Source: Candidatus Latescibacterota bacterium
GTDB lineage: Bacteria > Latescibacterota > UBA2968 > SICM01
Length of the DNA stretch: 64,000 nt
NCBI GenBank assembly: GCA_965217865.1
Contig: CBDCJO010000002.1
Location: 2,816,001-2,880,000, forward strand
Direction: 5' to 3'
Numbering within the stretch: position 1 is the stretch's first letter; the number at the start of each line of letters is the position of its first letter. The position numbers were made by a program, and so were the translations under genes. The notes beneath the pieces are model-generated. The model was given only the letters and a program-made list of their open reading frames with translations. It was not told the DNA's origin and made no database searches. This document shows positions 30,626 through 41,751 of the stretch, in pieces.

Positions 30626-31024
30626 TTATTCCGCTCTCGACTCCGGACTTTCCTTTTCCCGGACTTTTTCGTCCGCCGTCTGCCGTCTGCCGTCTGCGGG
30701 TTTCCCTTCGTAAACCAGGTAGACTTCCTCCCCCGGTTTGATCATCCTGTAGCGCTCTCTTGCGATCTTTTCGATCGTCGGAAGATGGTTTTCCAGGAGG
30801 TGGGCCTGCTTTCGAAGCGCTTCGGTTTCCATCTGGATGCTCTCGAGCTCCCTCTTCAAGTGTTCGATCCGGAGTTTCTGATTCCGAATCCGATAGAGCC
30901 CGTAATCTCCCCCAACGAATTCATAGACCGCCATGATCAGGACCGCAAGGAAAAGGATCCCCTTGATCCGCCGCCGGGATGAGACGGCCATTTTGGGCTT
31001 AGGCCTCAAAAGACGGGACAGCAT
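30626..31024 (-). CDS. Septum formation initiator (FtsB/DivIC family)
   Basis: TM + 'GDYGL' + coiled coil + 'IEKIARERYRMIKPGE'. Confidence 0.85.
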   Translation of the reverse strand: MLSRLLRPKPKMAVSSRRRIKGILFLAVLIMAVYEFVGGDYGLYRIRNQKLRIEHLKRELESIQMETEALRKQAHLLENHLPTIEKIARERYRMIKPGEEVYLVYEGKPADGRRQTADEKVREKESPESRAE

Positions 31025-31076
31025 GTTCAACCCCACTCCTCATTGAAAATAAAAGTCCCGGACTGAGGGGGAATCT

Positions 31077-31463
31077 TCATTCTTCAATGATATCCTTGTA
31101 TACCTTCTCAGGAGCGAAAATCCGCTCCCCGTCAGTCACAAAAACCCCGTTCTCCACACGCCTGTAAAAACAGGAGCGATAACCCGTGTGACACGCACCT
31201 CCGGTCTGTTCAACCATAAACAGCAGGACATCTCCATCGCAGTCGATCCGAAATTCCCTGATGCGCTGTACGTGTCCCGATTCCTCCCCTTTGTGCCAAA
31301 GACCCCTCCTGCGAGACCAGTAGACCATCTCCCCCGTATCAAGGGTCTTCTGCAGGCTTTCGGCGTTCATGTGGGCGCACATCAGAATGGCCTTACTCGT
31401 CACATCCTGCGCGATGGCCACGACCAATCCACGATCGTCGAATTTGATCTCCCCAAAATCCAA
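31077..31463 (-). CDS. hisI: Phosphoribosyl-AMP cyclohydrolase
   Basis: [29 protein letters not shown]. Confidence 0.95.
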   Translation of the reverse strand: MDFGEIKFDDRGLVVAIAQDVTSKAILMCAHMNAESLQKTLDTGEMVYWSRRRGLWHKGEESGHVQRIREFRIDCDGDVLLFMVEQTGGACHTGYRSCFYRRVENGVFVTDGERIFAPEKVYKDIIEE

Positions 31464-31504
31464 AATGAAAACCTCAGCTAATTTGTGTTTCCTTTTGCCA
31501 TTTC

Positions 31505-32761
31505 CTATTCCCTGATCTGACCGTCCCCATACACGACCCACTTATATGTCGTCAGTCCTTCGATGCCCATCGGTCCCCGGGCGTGAAGCCGGTCGGTGCT
31601 TATGCCCACCTCTGCGCCCAGCCCGTATTCAGCGCCGTCCGCTAATCTAGGCGAGGCGTTGATCATCACGGAGGACGAATCGACGCGACGCACGAACGCC
31701 TCTGCGCGGGCGTGGTTGCGGGTCACGATCGAATCGGTGTGCGCTGACCCGTAACGCTCGATATGCTCTATCGCTTCATCAAGCCCGTCCACCACCCGCA
31801 CGGCAAGAACCAGATCCAGGTACTCTGCGGACCAGTCCTCCTCCGTAGCGGGTTTCGCGTCCCCCAAGACGGTCCGGGTCTGCTCGCAACCCCGTATTTC
31901 CACACCGGCCTCCTCCAGCAGGGATCCGATCCGCGGAAGAAAACGCTCCATCACGGCTTTGTCCACAAGAAGCGTCTCCATGGCGTTGCAGACACCGGCC
32001 CTTTGAACCTTAGCGTTGAAAACGATCTTTTCCGCGGAGTCCATATCGGCATCGGTGTCAACATAAACGTGACAGACCCCGTCATAATGCTTGATCACCG
32101 GGATCAGGGAGCTCTCCATGACCAGCTTGATCAGGGGCTTTCCCCCTCGCGGAACGATCAGGTCGATCAAGCCTTCCGCACGAAGCAACTCCGTGACCGC
32201 CGCCCGGTCAGTCGTTTCGATAACGGAAATGGCCCCGTCCGGAACCCCCGATGCCTTTGCAGCCTGATTTAACATGCGTCCGATGCAAATATTCGTGTGG
32301 ATGGCCTCCGATCCTCCCCGAAGGATCACCGCGTTCCCTGATTTAAGACAGAGCCCCCCCGCATCCGCCGTGACGTTCGGACGAGACTCGTAGATGATTC
32401 CTACCACCCCCAGCGGAACTCGCATCTTTCCGACAAGCATTCCGTTAGGGCGGCGCTCCAACCCATCGAACCGACCCACGGGATCCGCCTGCGAAGCGAT
32501 CTCCCTGAGGCCGGTCGACATTCCCGTGATGGTCCGATCGGTGACCGTCAATCGATCGAGAGACGCCGGGGTCAATTTGCCCCGGTTGGCTTCCAGGTCT
32601 TTTCGATTCTCCGACCGGAGGAGGTCCGCCTCCGACTCCAGAATATCTGCCATTCGTCGAAGGGAATCGTCCTTGATCTGACCGCTGAGATTCGCCAGGC
32701 TCCGAGCAGCCTCCCGCGCCTTGCGGGCAGTTTCCAATACGTATTTTTTGACATCGTCCAT
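31505..32761 (-). CDS. proA: Gamma-glutamyl phosphate reductase
   Basis: [32 protein letters not shown]. Confidence 0.97.
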   Translation of the reverse strand: MDDVKKYVLETARKAREAARSLANLSGQIKDDSLRRMADILESEADLLRSENRKDLEANRGKLTPASLDRLTVTDRTITGMSTGLREIASQADPVGRFDGLERRPNGMLVGKMRVPLGVVGIIYESRPNVTADAGGLCLKSGNAVILRGGSEAIHTNICIGRMLNQAAKASGVPDGAISVIETTDRAAVTELLRAEGLIDLIVPRGGKPLIKLVMESSLIPVIKHYDGVCHVYVDTDADMDSAEKIVFNAKVQRAGVCNAMETLLVDKAVMERFLPRIGSLLEEAGVEIRGCEQTRTVLGDAKPATEEDWSAEYLDLVLAVRVVDGLDEAIEHIERYGSAHTDSIVTRNHARAEAFVRRVDSSSVMINASPRLADGAEYGLGAEVGISTDRLHARGPMGIEGLTTYKWVVYGDGQIRE

Positions 32762-32893
32762 TTTCTATTCCCGATCTAAAAATGCAATATGGAAGTGGGA
32801 TTTTTTATAGTTTCGGCATGCAATCTCGGTCGCGTAAATCGGATAGTTTGGTTCTGCACTCTTCGCTTTTTAATTTACATTACAATTTCCCGT

Positions 32894-34030
32894 TTAGAAT
32901 GACAATACCACCATATCATCTCGGTGAATCACCTCATCATCCCCGGGACGACCAAGGGTGGACGCAATCTGGGATGATTTCAGGCCACGGATTTTTTGTA
33001 CCTCGTCGGAGGTGTAGCGGGTCACCCCCCGGGCAACCGTACCCGGTCCGTGTTGCACGTCGATGATCTCCCCGATGTCGAAAGTGCCGGCCACCTCGAC
33101 GATGCCAGAGGGCAAGAGGCTTTTACCCCCGCTCTCGATCGCCTTCGCAGCCCCATCATCCACGACGACGGAACCTTTTTGAACCGGGGCGAACGCGATC
33201 CAGCGCTTCCGGTCCTTCAGTCGGCCTGGCCGGGACTTAAAGAGCGTCCCCACCTCCTTCCCATCGAGAAGGTCCAAGAGTCCCGCTGACTCACCGTCGG
33301 CAATGATCATCATTCCCCCGCTTGTCGTCACGATCTCGGCGGCTCGAAGCTTCGTCCGCATCCCCCCCACCCCTATATCGCTGCCGGCCCCGCCTGCGCA
33401 TTCAAGCAGTTCGGGTGTGATCCGGTCTACAACCGGGATCAATCGGGCGTGTTCATCCAATCGGGGATCGCCGGAGTATAGACCGTCAACGTCAGAGAAG
33501 AGGACCAGCAGGTCCGCGTTGATCAGGTTGGCCACATAGGCCGACAGCGTGTCGTTATCGCCGACCCGAATATCCAGGATTTCGTCAACAGCGACGCTGT
33601 CGTTCTCGTTGACGATCGGCACAACCTTGAACCGGAAAAGGGCTTCCAGGGTGTTCCGTGCATTGACATACCGGTTCCTATCCCTCAAATCGTCTGCCGT
33701 CAGAAGGATCTGCCCAACGGTTGATCCTTGCCGTCTGAAGGCGAGTTTGTAGGCGTTCATCAGAAGACTCTGCCCCACGGCCGCGGCGGCCTGAAGCTCC
33801 GGGATGGCCCGGGGGCGCTCCGACAGTCCGAGTTTCCTCATCCCCGCACCGATAGCACCTGAGGATACCAGGGCGACTTCCAGCCCCCTTTCCCTGAGGG
33901 CGGTCACATCATCGGCGATCCGCTCAATATGTTCCGCGCTGAGCGCGTCTTCTCCGACCGTGACCACCCGGGTCCCAACCTTTACCACCACCCGCTTGAT
34001 CTTTTTGAAGAGCGCTTTTCGTTCCGACAT
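32894..34030 (-). CDS. proB: Glutamate 5-kinase with PUA domain
   Basis: VVVKVG, SSGAI, NENDSV, GDNDTLSA, GGMRTK, VIHRDD. Confidence 0.97.
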   Translation of the reverse strand: MSERKALFKKIKRVVVKVGTRVVTVGEDALSAEHIERIADDVTALRERGLEVALVSSGAIGAGMRKLGLSERPRAIPELQAAAAVGQSLLMNAYKLAFRRQGSTVGQILLTADDLRDRNRYVNARNTLEALFRFKVVPIVNENDSVAVDEILDIRVGDNDTLSAYVANLINADLLVLFSDVDGLYSGDPRLDEHARLIPVVDRITPELLECAGGAGSDIGVGGMRTKLRAAEIVTTSGGMMIIADGESAGLLDLLDGKEVGTLFKSRPGRLKDRKRWIAFAPVQKGSVVVDDGAAKAIESGGKSLLPSGIVEVAGTFDIGEIIDVQHGPGTVARGVTRYTSDEVQKIRGLKSSQIASTLGRPGDDEVIHRDDMVVLSF

Positions 34031-34091
34031 CAACTGTCCTTTGTGATCAATGGCACGAAGTCTGGATTTGCATTTCCATCTTGCATTTCCC

Positions 34092-35108
34092 TTAAAAATG
34101 CTTCCCTTCCAGCTTCACATAGGCCTCCAGCCCCTTCATCAACTCCTCGAACTGATCCGGAACGAGCGATTGTGGGCCGTCTGAAAAAGCTTTTTCCGGG
34201 TCGGGATGGACCTCAATCATCAAACCGTCCGCCCCTGAAGCCACCGCCGCCTTCGCCATCATCGGCACGAATCTGCTGATGCCCACGCCGTGCGAAGGAT
34301 CCGCGATCACCGGAAGATGGGTGGTGCTCTTGAGAACCGGGATGGCCGAGACGTCGAAGGTGTTTCGGGTATACTTTTCGAATGTCCGGATGCCGCGCTC
34401 GCAGAGAATCACATCCTTATTCCCCTCTGACGCGATGTACTCCGCAGACATCAACAGCTCCTCTATCGTAGCCATCATGCCGCGCTTAAGCAGGACCGGC
34501 TTTCCCACCTGCCCGACCTCCTTCAGAATAGGGAAGTTTTGCATGTTGCGCGCCCCGATCTGGAGAACGTCCGCATAGTTTAGAACCAGGTCGATGTCGC
34601 GGGGGTTCATCACCTCGGTGACCACGGGCATCCCGGTCTCTTCCCGCGCTTCAGACAACAATTTAAGACCCTCTTCCGCGAGTCCCTGGAAGCTGTAGGG
34701 TGAAGTCCTGGGTTTGAACGCACCGCCTCGCAGGAGATGGGCTCCCGCCCGCTTGACGGCGCGTGCAGTCTCCAAAATCTGTTCTCGCGACTCGACAGAG
34801 CACGGCCCCGCGATCATCACGAATCTTTCCCCCCCCAACAGGACCCCGCCCACCTCCACGACCGTCTTCTCGAGCTTCACCTCGGTTCCGACGAGCTTGA
34901 AGGGCTGGAGAATGGGGGTGACCCGTTCTACGCCCGGGGAGGACTCGAGGGCCTCAAGTTGAGACTTGCCGCGCTCATCTCCGACAGCGGCGACAACCGT
35001 GCGTTCCACGCCGTAGATGGGATGGGGATCGTAGCCGAACCCACGGATGCGGTCCATGACGTGATCCACCTGGTCCTGCGTTGCCCCTCGCTCCATGGTG
35101 ATGATCAT
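34092..35108 (-). CDS. aroF: DAHP synthase (type I-beta, N-terminal regulatory domain)
   Basis: [45 protein letters not shown]. Confidence 0.95.
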   Translation of the reverse strand: MIITMERGATQDQVDHVMDRIRGFGYDPHPIYGVERTVVAAVGDERGKSQLEALESSPGVERVTPILQPFKLVGTEVKLEKTVVEVGGVLLGGERFVMIAGPCSVESREQILETARAVKRAGAHLLRGGAFKPRTSPYSFQGLAEEGLKLLSEAREETGMPVVTEVMNPRDIDLVLNYADVLQIGARNMQNFPILKEVGQVGKPVLLKRGMMATIEELLMSAEYIASEGNKDVILCERGIRTFEKYTRNTFDVSAIPVLKSTTHLPVIADPSHGVGISRFVPMMAKAAVASGADGLMIEVHPDPEKAFSDGPQSLVPDQFEELMKGLEAYVKLEGKHF

Positions 35109-35120
35109 AAAATCTCCTGT

Positions 35121-35918
35121 CTATGCCACACCCGATAGATCCGGCATCGTCCGAACAAGCACACCTTTTTTTGTCAGATATTCTTTGACCTCAGGAATGC
35201 TGTATTCCTGATAATGGAAGATGGATGCGGCCAGGGCGGCGCTCGCTTTGCCCTCTTGGAGGACCTGGTAAATATGGTCGGGGCCGCCGCATCCCCCGGA
35301 AGCCACGATCGGGACATCCACCCGGTCGGCAACGGCTCGTGTCAGTGCGATGTCGTAGCCGTCCTTGGTGCCGTCCGCATCGATGCTGTTCATCACAAGT
35401 TCGCCGACCCCCCGGTCCACGAGCTCCGCCGCCCATTCCAGGGCATCTCGACCCACAGGAGTCCGCCCCCCGTCGATAACCACCTCCCACCAGGTTCGTT
35501 CCGCATCTCCCTCCTTGCGACGGATTGCATCGATCGATCCCACCACAGCCTGAACTCCGAAGCTCTGCGCACCCTGATTGATGATGTCGGGGTTCCTGAC
35601 CGCAGCTGAATTGATCGAGACCTTTTCCGCACCCCCCTCTACGATCGCGCGAATGTCCCCGAAGTCCCGCACGCCCCCTCCGACGGTAAACGGAATGAAC
35701 ACCTCTTCAGATACCCGGCGGACGAGATCCCCAACGATCTGTCGTTTCTCCGCAGAGGCTGTAATATCATAGAACACCAGCTCGTCCGCCCCTTCTTTGT
35801 CATAGCGTCTTGCCAATTCAATCGGATCCCCGGCATCCCGGTCCGCGGAGAATTTCACACCCCGTACATTTCTTCCGTTCTTGACATCAAGACACGGAAT
35901 GATTCGCTTAGCAAGCAT
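35121..35918 (-). CDS. hisF: Imidazole glycerol phosphate synthase cyclase subunit
   Basis: MLAKRIIPCLDV, GADELVFYDITAS, DGTKDGYD, ALAASIFH. Confidence 0.97.
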   Translation of the reverse strand: MLAKRIIPCLDVKNGRNVRGVKFSADRDAGDPIELARRYDKEGADELVFYDITASAEKRQIVGDLVRRVSEEVFIPFTVGGGVRDFGDIRAIVEGGAEKVSINSAAVRNPDIINQGAQSFGVQAVVGSIDAIRRKEGDAERTWWEVVIDGGRTPVGRDALEWAAELVDRGVGELVMNSIDADGTKDGYDIALTRAVADRVDVPIVASGGCGGPDHIYQVLQEGKASAALAASIFHYQEYSIPEVKEYLTKKGVLVRTMPDLSGVA

Positions 35919-36114
35919 CGGAAACCTGTGTCAATAGGGCTCAAGGGCGAGACGGGCTTCTGCGCTGAGGGGCGAAAAAAGGAACGGGGGTCGGGGAGGG
36001 GGAAATCATAACCATCCTGGGTTTAAAAAATATACCTCTATTGTCTTAAACGATCAAGCCAAAAAGACTTTCTCCACACCGGAATATCAGATTTTGGGAG
36101 AAATCCGAATAGCC

Positions 36115-36450
36115 TCAAAGCTTACTGGCGTGCACGGCAATCCAGATACAGGGGGGATCCACGCTGGTTCGGGAAACGCGGTGTCGCTCATGGGCGGAGA
36201 TGAACGTGTGATCCCCGGCCTGGAGGTGGATGGATCTCGCGTCTTCATAGTCGATCGTTGCCTCCCCCTGCAGGAGGGCGACCCATTCATCCTGCTCCTG
36301 GTCGTACCAAACCCCATCGGGGGTGGTCTGACCGCTCGAAACGATCCGTTCGATCTGAAGCCCCCTCCTGTCGGGTATCAGGGCCTCGAACAGCTCCCGG
36401 GAAGGAAGGGGGGAAGGGAGATCAAAAAGGTTGATGTTCCGTTCTGGCAT
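36115..36450 (-). CDS. Cupin domain protein
   Basis: IERIVSSGQTTPDGVWYDQEQDEWV, HERHRV. Confidence 0.85.
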   Translation of the reverse strand: MPERNINLFDLPSPLPSRELFEALIPDRRGLQIERIVSSGQTTPDGVWYDQEQDEWVALLQGEATIDYEDARSIHLQAGDHTFISAHERHRVSRTSVDPPCIWIAVHASKL

Positions 36451-36470
36451 ATTTTAAAGAGTGAAGCCAC

Positions 36471-36656
36471 GTCGAGCCACCGCCTCCGGCGCGGCTCGAC
36501 CTTGGCCCTTCGCGGGCGGGGCATCAAACCCCGCCCTTGACCAAAGGGGAACACATCCCCTTTGGAAACCCCAGGCTTAGGGAGCTTCGCGCCCCCTAAG
36601 AACCCCCGCGAGCAGTGTCGATTCCTCCCCGCGCAAAGCGCGGGGTATCCTCGACA
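36471..36656. repeat. Array of five GC-rich hairpins (REP-cluster or MITE-like)
   Basis: Stems at 36471-36500, 36514-36536, 36541-36565, 36576-36600, 36616-36656. Confidence 0.7.
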
Positions 36657-36704
36657 GAAAAACCATGCATGAAAATACGGGGGATCATAACTTGGAACTT
36701 TTTT

Positions 36705-36911
36705 CAGGGTTTTCGCCCCCCACGTGATGGCGTACTGATTGATGTCTTTTTGGATGGCCTCGATGGCTGCCTTTTTAACAGCCTCTGGGGCCGGAAAATC
36801 CGGGTACCCCTGGGCGAGATTGACCCCTCCGTGGATCAGGGACAGCCGTGTCATCTCCCGGATGACGGATTCCGTAAAATAGCCCGTGCGGTAAGAGGTT
36901 CTGGGTTTCAT
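36705..36911 (-). pseudogene. N-terminal fragment of a class I/II PLP aminotransferase
   Basis: FTESVIREMTRL, VNLAQGYPDF, NQYAITWG; similarity ends after ~69 aa. Confidence 0.8.
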
Positions 36912-36929
36912 AGCCGGCCGCGAATCGAA

Positions 36930-37469
36930 TCAGACGACGGATTCTTGGTCGATACGTCCCTGAAGGTTTCGAAGTTGATCGATGTCCTGTCTCAGCCGAA
37001 GGGCCATCATCTGAGTAACCCGGAGGACGATTTTGAAACCAAGACGGGGATCGGTCTCTACGAGCTCCATCAAGTCCGGCTTAAAAAAACCCAAAAGCTC
37101 GGTCGGCTCGGCAGCGACAATCGAGGTAGATCGGTGGGATTCGTTCAAAATGGCGAACTCCCCAAGCAGATCGCCGGTCTTGAGCTGCCCAACCTTCTGA
37201 AATATGTCCTTCCCCATCGGTCGGACGACATCCACGCTGCCCGTTTTAACGATGTACATTCCGGATCTCGGGGCTCTTGCACGGATGATGATTTCACCTT
37301 CCCCAAATTTCCTCCGGTGGACGATTCTTTCCACCTTTTTGAGCTCGGACGCCGTTAGCGTCTCGAACACCGGAAGGCCTTTCAAAATAGAAACGACCGT
37401 CTCTTTGGCCGTTTTATTTTGCGAAACGATACTGCTCCACTCCGGGTCGATGTATGGCTCCTCTGGCAA
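36930..37469 (-). CDS. Stand-alone cyclic nucleotide-binding domain protein
   Basis: GMYIVKTGSV, GEFAILNESHRSTSI; similar layout to 29139..29693. Confidence 0.85.
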   Translation of the reverse strand: MPEEPYIDPEWSSIVSQNKTAKETVVSILKGLPVFETLTASELKKVERIVHRRKFGEGEIIIRARAPRSGMYIVKTGSVDVVRPMGKDIFQKVGQLKTGDLLGEFAILNESHRSTSIVAAEPTELLGFFKPDLMELVETDPRLGFKIVLRVTQMMALRLRQDIDQLRNLQGRIDQESVV

Positions 37470-37541
37470 AGTGCCGGATCCTTTTGTATTAGGCGGTTAG
37501 TCGTAAGAACAGTGGAGTGCCTGCCCGCCTGGTAAAAGTAA

Positions 37542-38013
37542 TTATTGGATAATATATTTGGTGAAATAGATCTCCACCACGTGTCCCCCAAGCCATTTGT
37601 TGAGTTCCTCTCGAATGGCTCTCTTAACATCATCTCGGGCGGGAGCCCGAAGTTGCTCCAGGTTCCTCGGGGCAAGGGCCCTGGTGACGCTGTCCTGGAC
37701 CCGTGCCGTGTTTTCCATAGCCTTTCGTTTCGTCGATGGGGAATCCACCCCCAGTTGTACTGCGATTTGAACAAGATGCCCGAGCTGGTCCCCCGCTGGA
37801 GTGACCGTCACCGCTTCAATCCCTTTAACGATCAGAGTCCGGGGCTTCCGGACCTCTTCAACCGTCATCTCTTCCTGGGTTTCCTCAACAGCCCCAACAT
37901 CGGGTTTCGGGATCGCTTTATCCAGGGAGGTAATAAACGATACCGTTCTGCATCGCCAGAATGAGCATGATAAGAGGAAAATACTTGAAAGGGCTGGTAC
38001 TCTCTTCGGCCAC
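37542..38013 (-). pseudogene. fliL: FliL-family protein with frameshift after the TM helix
   Basis: C-terminus 'VQDSV...IREELNKWL..VVEIYFTKYIIQ'; TM N-terminus 'MAEESTSPFKYFPLIMLILAMQNGIVYYL' lies in another frame, shift at ~37925. Confidence 0.7.
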
Positions 38014-38025
38014 GTCATCCCCCGT

Positions 38026-38862
38026 TCACCACCTCTGTCCGGTGGCGTGAAACTTCTCCAATTGTTTCCGGTAGTGACCTGACTCGGGGTCCAGAGCAAT
38101 CGCTCGCCGGATAAGAGCCACGGCACGATTCCGGTTCCCCTTCAGGTAGTAAATCTCCGCCAGCGTGTCCAGATAAATAGGCTCATCAGGCCCAAGCTGC
38201 AATGACCTGTTCGACAGATCCAAAGCCTCATTCAGCAGGATTCTCTGTTGAGCGTACATCCAGGCCAGATTGTTCATCGTCCCCGTATCCCAGGGATTGA
38301 GTTCCAGCGCTTTTTTATAAGCCGCCTCCGCCTTTTCATAGCTTCGACGCTCGTAATAGATCGTACCCAACTCCGCGTGAACCCGCCAGAGATTTTGATT
38401 CGCCTCAAGGCCGGCCTCGAAGGCATGAATGGCCTCTTGTTGAAGTCCAAGGAACCTGTAAATCCTCCCTGCCTCGAGAATCGTCTCGACATCTCCATAG
38501 GAACGGGATAGCAGCCCATCCAGCGTTTCTACAGCAAGTCCCACATTTCCGACAGCCGCATACCCTCGCGACAACCCCATCAACGCTTCGATATATTCGG
38601 GAGCCAGTTCGTGGGCCCGTTCCAGGTAGCCGATGGCCGTTTCATGTCCACCCAAACTCAGATTTGCCAGGCCGGCCCTCGTCAAAAGGTAGGGGTCGTC
38701 TGGGCTGATCTCCACGGCCTCTTCATAAAGGGATACGGCATCCTGAAATCTCCCTGCCTCTGCGAAGCCCGAGGCCGATTCCAAAAGCCGGTAAGCCTCT
38801 CGGTTCTGGCATCCGACAATTGCCAGGATTATGACAAGGACTGTAGCAGGATTCTGTTTCAC
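38026..38862 (-). CDS. TPR-repeat lipoprotein
   Basis: Lipobox IVGC; TPR repeats; 'NNLAW', 'YLDTLAEIYY'. Confidence 0.85.
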   Translation of the reverse strand: MKQNPATVLVIILAIVGCQNREAYRLLESASGFAEAGRFQDAVSLYEEAVEISPDDPYLLTRAGLANLSLGGHETAIGYLERAHELAPEYIEALMGLSRGYAAVGNVGLAVETLDGLLSRSYGDVETILEAGRIYRFLGLQQEAIHAFEAGLEANQNLWRVHAELGTIYYERRSYEKAEAAYKKALELNPWDTGTMNNLAWMYAQQRILLNEALDLSNRSLQLGPDEPIYLDTLAEIYYLKGNRNRAVALIRRAIALDPESGHYRKQLEKFHATGQRW

Positions 38863-39094
38863 GTGGGTGCCTCTGATTCAGGGTTTTTCAATCCGCATTC
38901 CACAATCTACATTCCGCGTGTGCCGTCATTCCCGCGACCGTAACGCTCCAGTACTCCCCTTTGGCCAGTATTTAGGATTTAATTTCCGATTGCAATTTCC
39001 TGACTCCTCAAACTTTAATCTTTGCGCTTTCTGCTCTGTCGTTTTTGAGTATAGATTAGCCCAAGACCTTTGTCAAGCGGTATTTAAAGCCGGA

Positions 39095-39123
39095 TTGACA
39101 TAAAGGATGGATTTCAGTATGTT
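39095..39123 (+). promoter_or_regulatory. Candidate sigma-70 promoter
   Basis: TTGACA-17 nt-TATGTT. Confidence 0.55.
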
Positions 39124-39174
39124 ATTCTTCGCTCCTGCCGTTTCCGTTTGCCCATCCTGGACTTTTTTAAGTTT

Positions 39175-39909
39175 ATGTCCTTGAGAAACTACGGTGAAAT
39201 CGTATGTCGGGCGGAATCTCGGAAAAGGCCCTATTTAAACGCCCAGGCGATCGGAGAGGTGGATGGCTATCCCATTATCTGTGTCTCGCTTTCCACCGAT
39301 CACCGGCTCCCGACGGTGCTCATCATCGGGGGCACCCACGGGGACGAACCGGCTGGAGTGGAAGCCGCGCTCGGTTTTATCGATTGTGACATCGGAAGGT
39401 GGCTCGACGAACTCCGCTTTGAAGTCATCCCCTGTTTAAACCCATATGGTTATGTCCACAAAACAAGGCAAAACCGGGAAGGGATCGATGTCAATTGGGC
39501 TTATCGAAAAACGGATGTCCCCGAGATCGGGATCTTTCGTCGTCTAATCAACCATCGTCGGTTCGAGGCGGTAATCGATCTCCACGAGGATTGGGAAAGT
39601 CCGGGATTTTACCTCTACGAGTTGCGCAGGGGGGGAGAGCAATTGGGTGTCGAGCTTGTCCGACGCGTCTCATCAGTCTGTCCGATAAATACGGCCCCCA
39701 GCATCGAGGGCGCACCCGCGGAAGCCGGGATCGTCAAGCCGGATATCGAGTCGGAGGTTGCCAAGCGTGGAGAAGGGATCCCCATCGCCTTGTTCAAGAG
39801 GCATACCGACCACCTGCTGACCTCCGAGACCCCCACTTGCCTGGCCCTTGACACCCGGGTAAAAGCCCACCTCATCACCCTGGACACTGTGATCGAAGCA
39901 CACGCGTAA
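39175..39909 (+). CDS. M14-like zinc carboxypeptidase / succinylglutamate desuccinylase-like protein
   Basis: GTHGDEPAG, NPYG...R.N, IDLHED, SETP. Confidence 0.85.
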   Translation: MSLRNYGEIVCRAESRKRPYLNAQAIGEVDGYPIICVSLSTDHRLPTVLIIGGTHGDEPAGVEAALGFIDCDIGRWLDELRFEVIPCLNPYGYVHKTRQNREGIDVNWAYRKTDVPEIGIFRRLINHRRFEAVIDLHEDWESPGFYLYELRRGGEQLGVELVRRVSSVCPINTAPSIEGAPAEAGIVKPDIESEVAKRGEGIPIALFKRHTDHLLTSETPTCLALDTRVKAHLITLDTVIEAHA

Positions 39910-39992
39910 AGAAAGGAGGTTGTCGAAGTAAGCCGAAACAGCCAAGATTTCTTCTTTAACTTAGAACCTGGAACTTCCTTTGAGGTGATTCC

Positions 39993-40184
39993 ATGCCGAT
40001 CGTTACAGTTAATTGGTTACAGAAGTCCTGCAGAACGCCTGACGTCAAGCGGAAGGTCGCAGATGCGATTATCGATGCCATGTCAGGGGTGGAAGAAGCC
40101 GAGGTTTCGCCCGATCGGGTCTCCGTGAAATTCTCAATCATCGACAACGATCAGCCCGACGAGGGCTATCGCGTAAAGTCTTAG
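39993..40184 (+). CDS. 4-oxalocrotonate tautomerase family protein
   Basis: Pro-1 (MPIVTV), R.PDVKRKV, 63 aa, gaggt RBS. Confidence 0.75.
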   Translation: MPIVTVNWLQKSCRTPDVKRKVADAIIDAMSGVEEAEVSPDRVSVKFSIIDNDQPDEGYRVKS

Positions 40185-40197
40185 GGCCAGGAAAACC

Positions 40198-41715
40198 ATG
40201 TCTCGTACCCCGGTTCAAGCATACGATGAACTGATCCGTCGCATCAAGGCGATTAATCTTCTTCGAAATTGTGAGGGCGTCTTAGGCTGGGATCAGCAGA
40301 CTTACATGCCTCCCAAGGCATCGGCTTACCGTGCGGACCAGCTCGCTTTGCTATCCGGCCTGATCCATGAGCGATTTACCGATCCTGAGATCGGGGACCT
40401 GATCGGCGAGGTGGAAGTCAGCAAATTGGTCACTGATCCGGAATCTGTCCCGGCCGTCAACGTCCGGGAGCTGCGCCGGAGCTTTGACCGTGCGAATCGT
40501 CTGTCCAAGTCGCTGGTGGAGGAGCTGGCGCGTATCTGCTCCCTTTCCAGGGATGAGTGGGTTGAAGCGCGAAAGGCCTCCGATTTCCCCAGGTTCCTAC
40601 CCTGGCTGGAGAAGGTCCTGGCCCTTAAGCGGCAAGAAGCCGCGGCCTACGACGACTCCGTTCACCCCTACGACGCCCTCCTCGAAGACTACGAGCCGGG
40701 CGAGACGACCGCTCACCTGAGGGGGGTCTTCAAAGACCTGCGTGAAGAACTGGTGGTCCTTGTCGATGCCATCGTGGGATCCCGGAAACATCCTGACACC
40801 TCGATCCTGGGCCGGGATTACCCCATCGATCGCCAGGAGGTCCTCGGCAAGGCGGTCGCATCGGCTATCGGTTTCGACTTCGAAGCCGGACGTCTGGATG
40901 TCACGGTGCATCCCTTCTGCGCCGGACTCGGCCCTTTCGACACACGGCTTACCACACGATACGACGCAAGGGAATTCAACCAGGCCCTCTACGGGGTATT
41001 GCACGAGGCCGGACACGGCCTATACGATCAAGGCTTGGACGAGGAGCACCACGGGACCCCGATGGGCGAATCGGTGTCACTCGGAATTCACGAGTCCCAA
41101 TCCCGGATGTGGGAGAACTTCGTAGGCCGCAGCCGGTCCTTTTGGGAGCACTTCTTCCCCGTTGCACGTTCCCTCTTCCACGAGTCCCTGTCCGGGGTCT
41201 CCCTAGACGACCTTCACTTTGCGTGCAACGACGTGCGCCCCTCCTTCATCCGGGTCGAGGCCGACGAAGTTACTTACAACCTTCACATCCTCCTCCGATT
41301 CGAACTGGAGCACGACCTCCTCACCGGGGATCTGCCCGCCCCCGACCTGCCCGGTGCCTGGAACGAGCGATTCAGGACTTTTTTTGATCTCACCCCCCCT
41401 GACGATGCCCGCGGTTGCCTCCAGGATACCCACTGGAGCTTCGGGGGGATCGGATATTTCCCCACCTACAGCCTGGGCAACCTCTACGCCGCTCAGTTTT
41501 TCGACCAGGCGGAAAAGGACCTGGGTAACCTGGATGAAGCGTTTGCCAGGGGAGAGTTCGTGGTCCTGAGGGACTGGCTTCGGGAACATATATACGTTCA
41601 GGGGATGCGGTTCCGGGCGGAGGATCTGGCCAAACGGGTCACAGGGAGACCCCTGAGCCATATGCCCCTGATCAATCACCTCAGGACAAAGTTTGAGGCG
41701 CTTTACGGAATCTAA
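40198..41715 (+). CDS. Carboxypeptidase Taq (M32)
   Basis: HPF, HEAGH, HESQSR, IRVEADE, GYFPTYSLG. Confidence 0.95.
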   Translation: MSRTPVQAYDELIRRIKAINLLRNCEGVLGWDQQTYMPPKASAYRADQLALLSGLIHERFTDPEIGDLIGEVEVSKLVTDPESVPAVNVRELRRSFDRANRLSKSLVEELARICSLSRDEWVEARKASDFPRFLPWLEKVLALKRQEAAAYDDSVHPYDALLEDYEPGETTAHLRGVFKDLREELVVLVDAIVGSRKHPDTSILGRDYPIDRQEVLGKAVASAIGFDFEAGRLDVTVHPFCAGLGPFDTRLTTRYDAREFNQALYGVLHEAGHGLYDQGLDEEHHGTPMGESVSLGIHESQSRMWENFVGRSRSFWEHFFPVARSLFHESLSGVSLDDLHFACNDVRPSFIRVEADEVTYNLHILLRFELEHDLLTGDLPAPDLPGAWNERFRTFFDLTPPDDARGCLQDTHWSFGGIGYFPTYSLGNLYAAQFFDQAEKDLGNLDEAFARGEFVVLRDWLREHIYVQGMRFRAEDLAKRVTGRPLSHMPLINHLRTKFEALYGI

Positions 41716-41751
41716 CGCCGAGGCGCGGGAAATGCCTTGTGGCTATAATGC

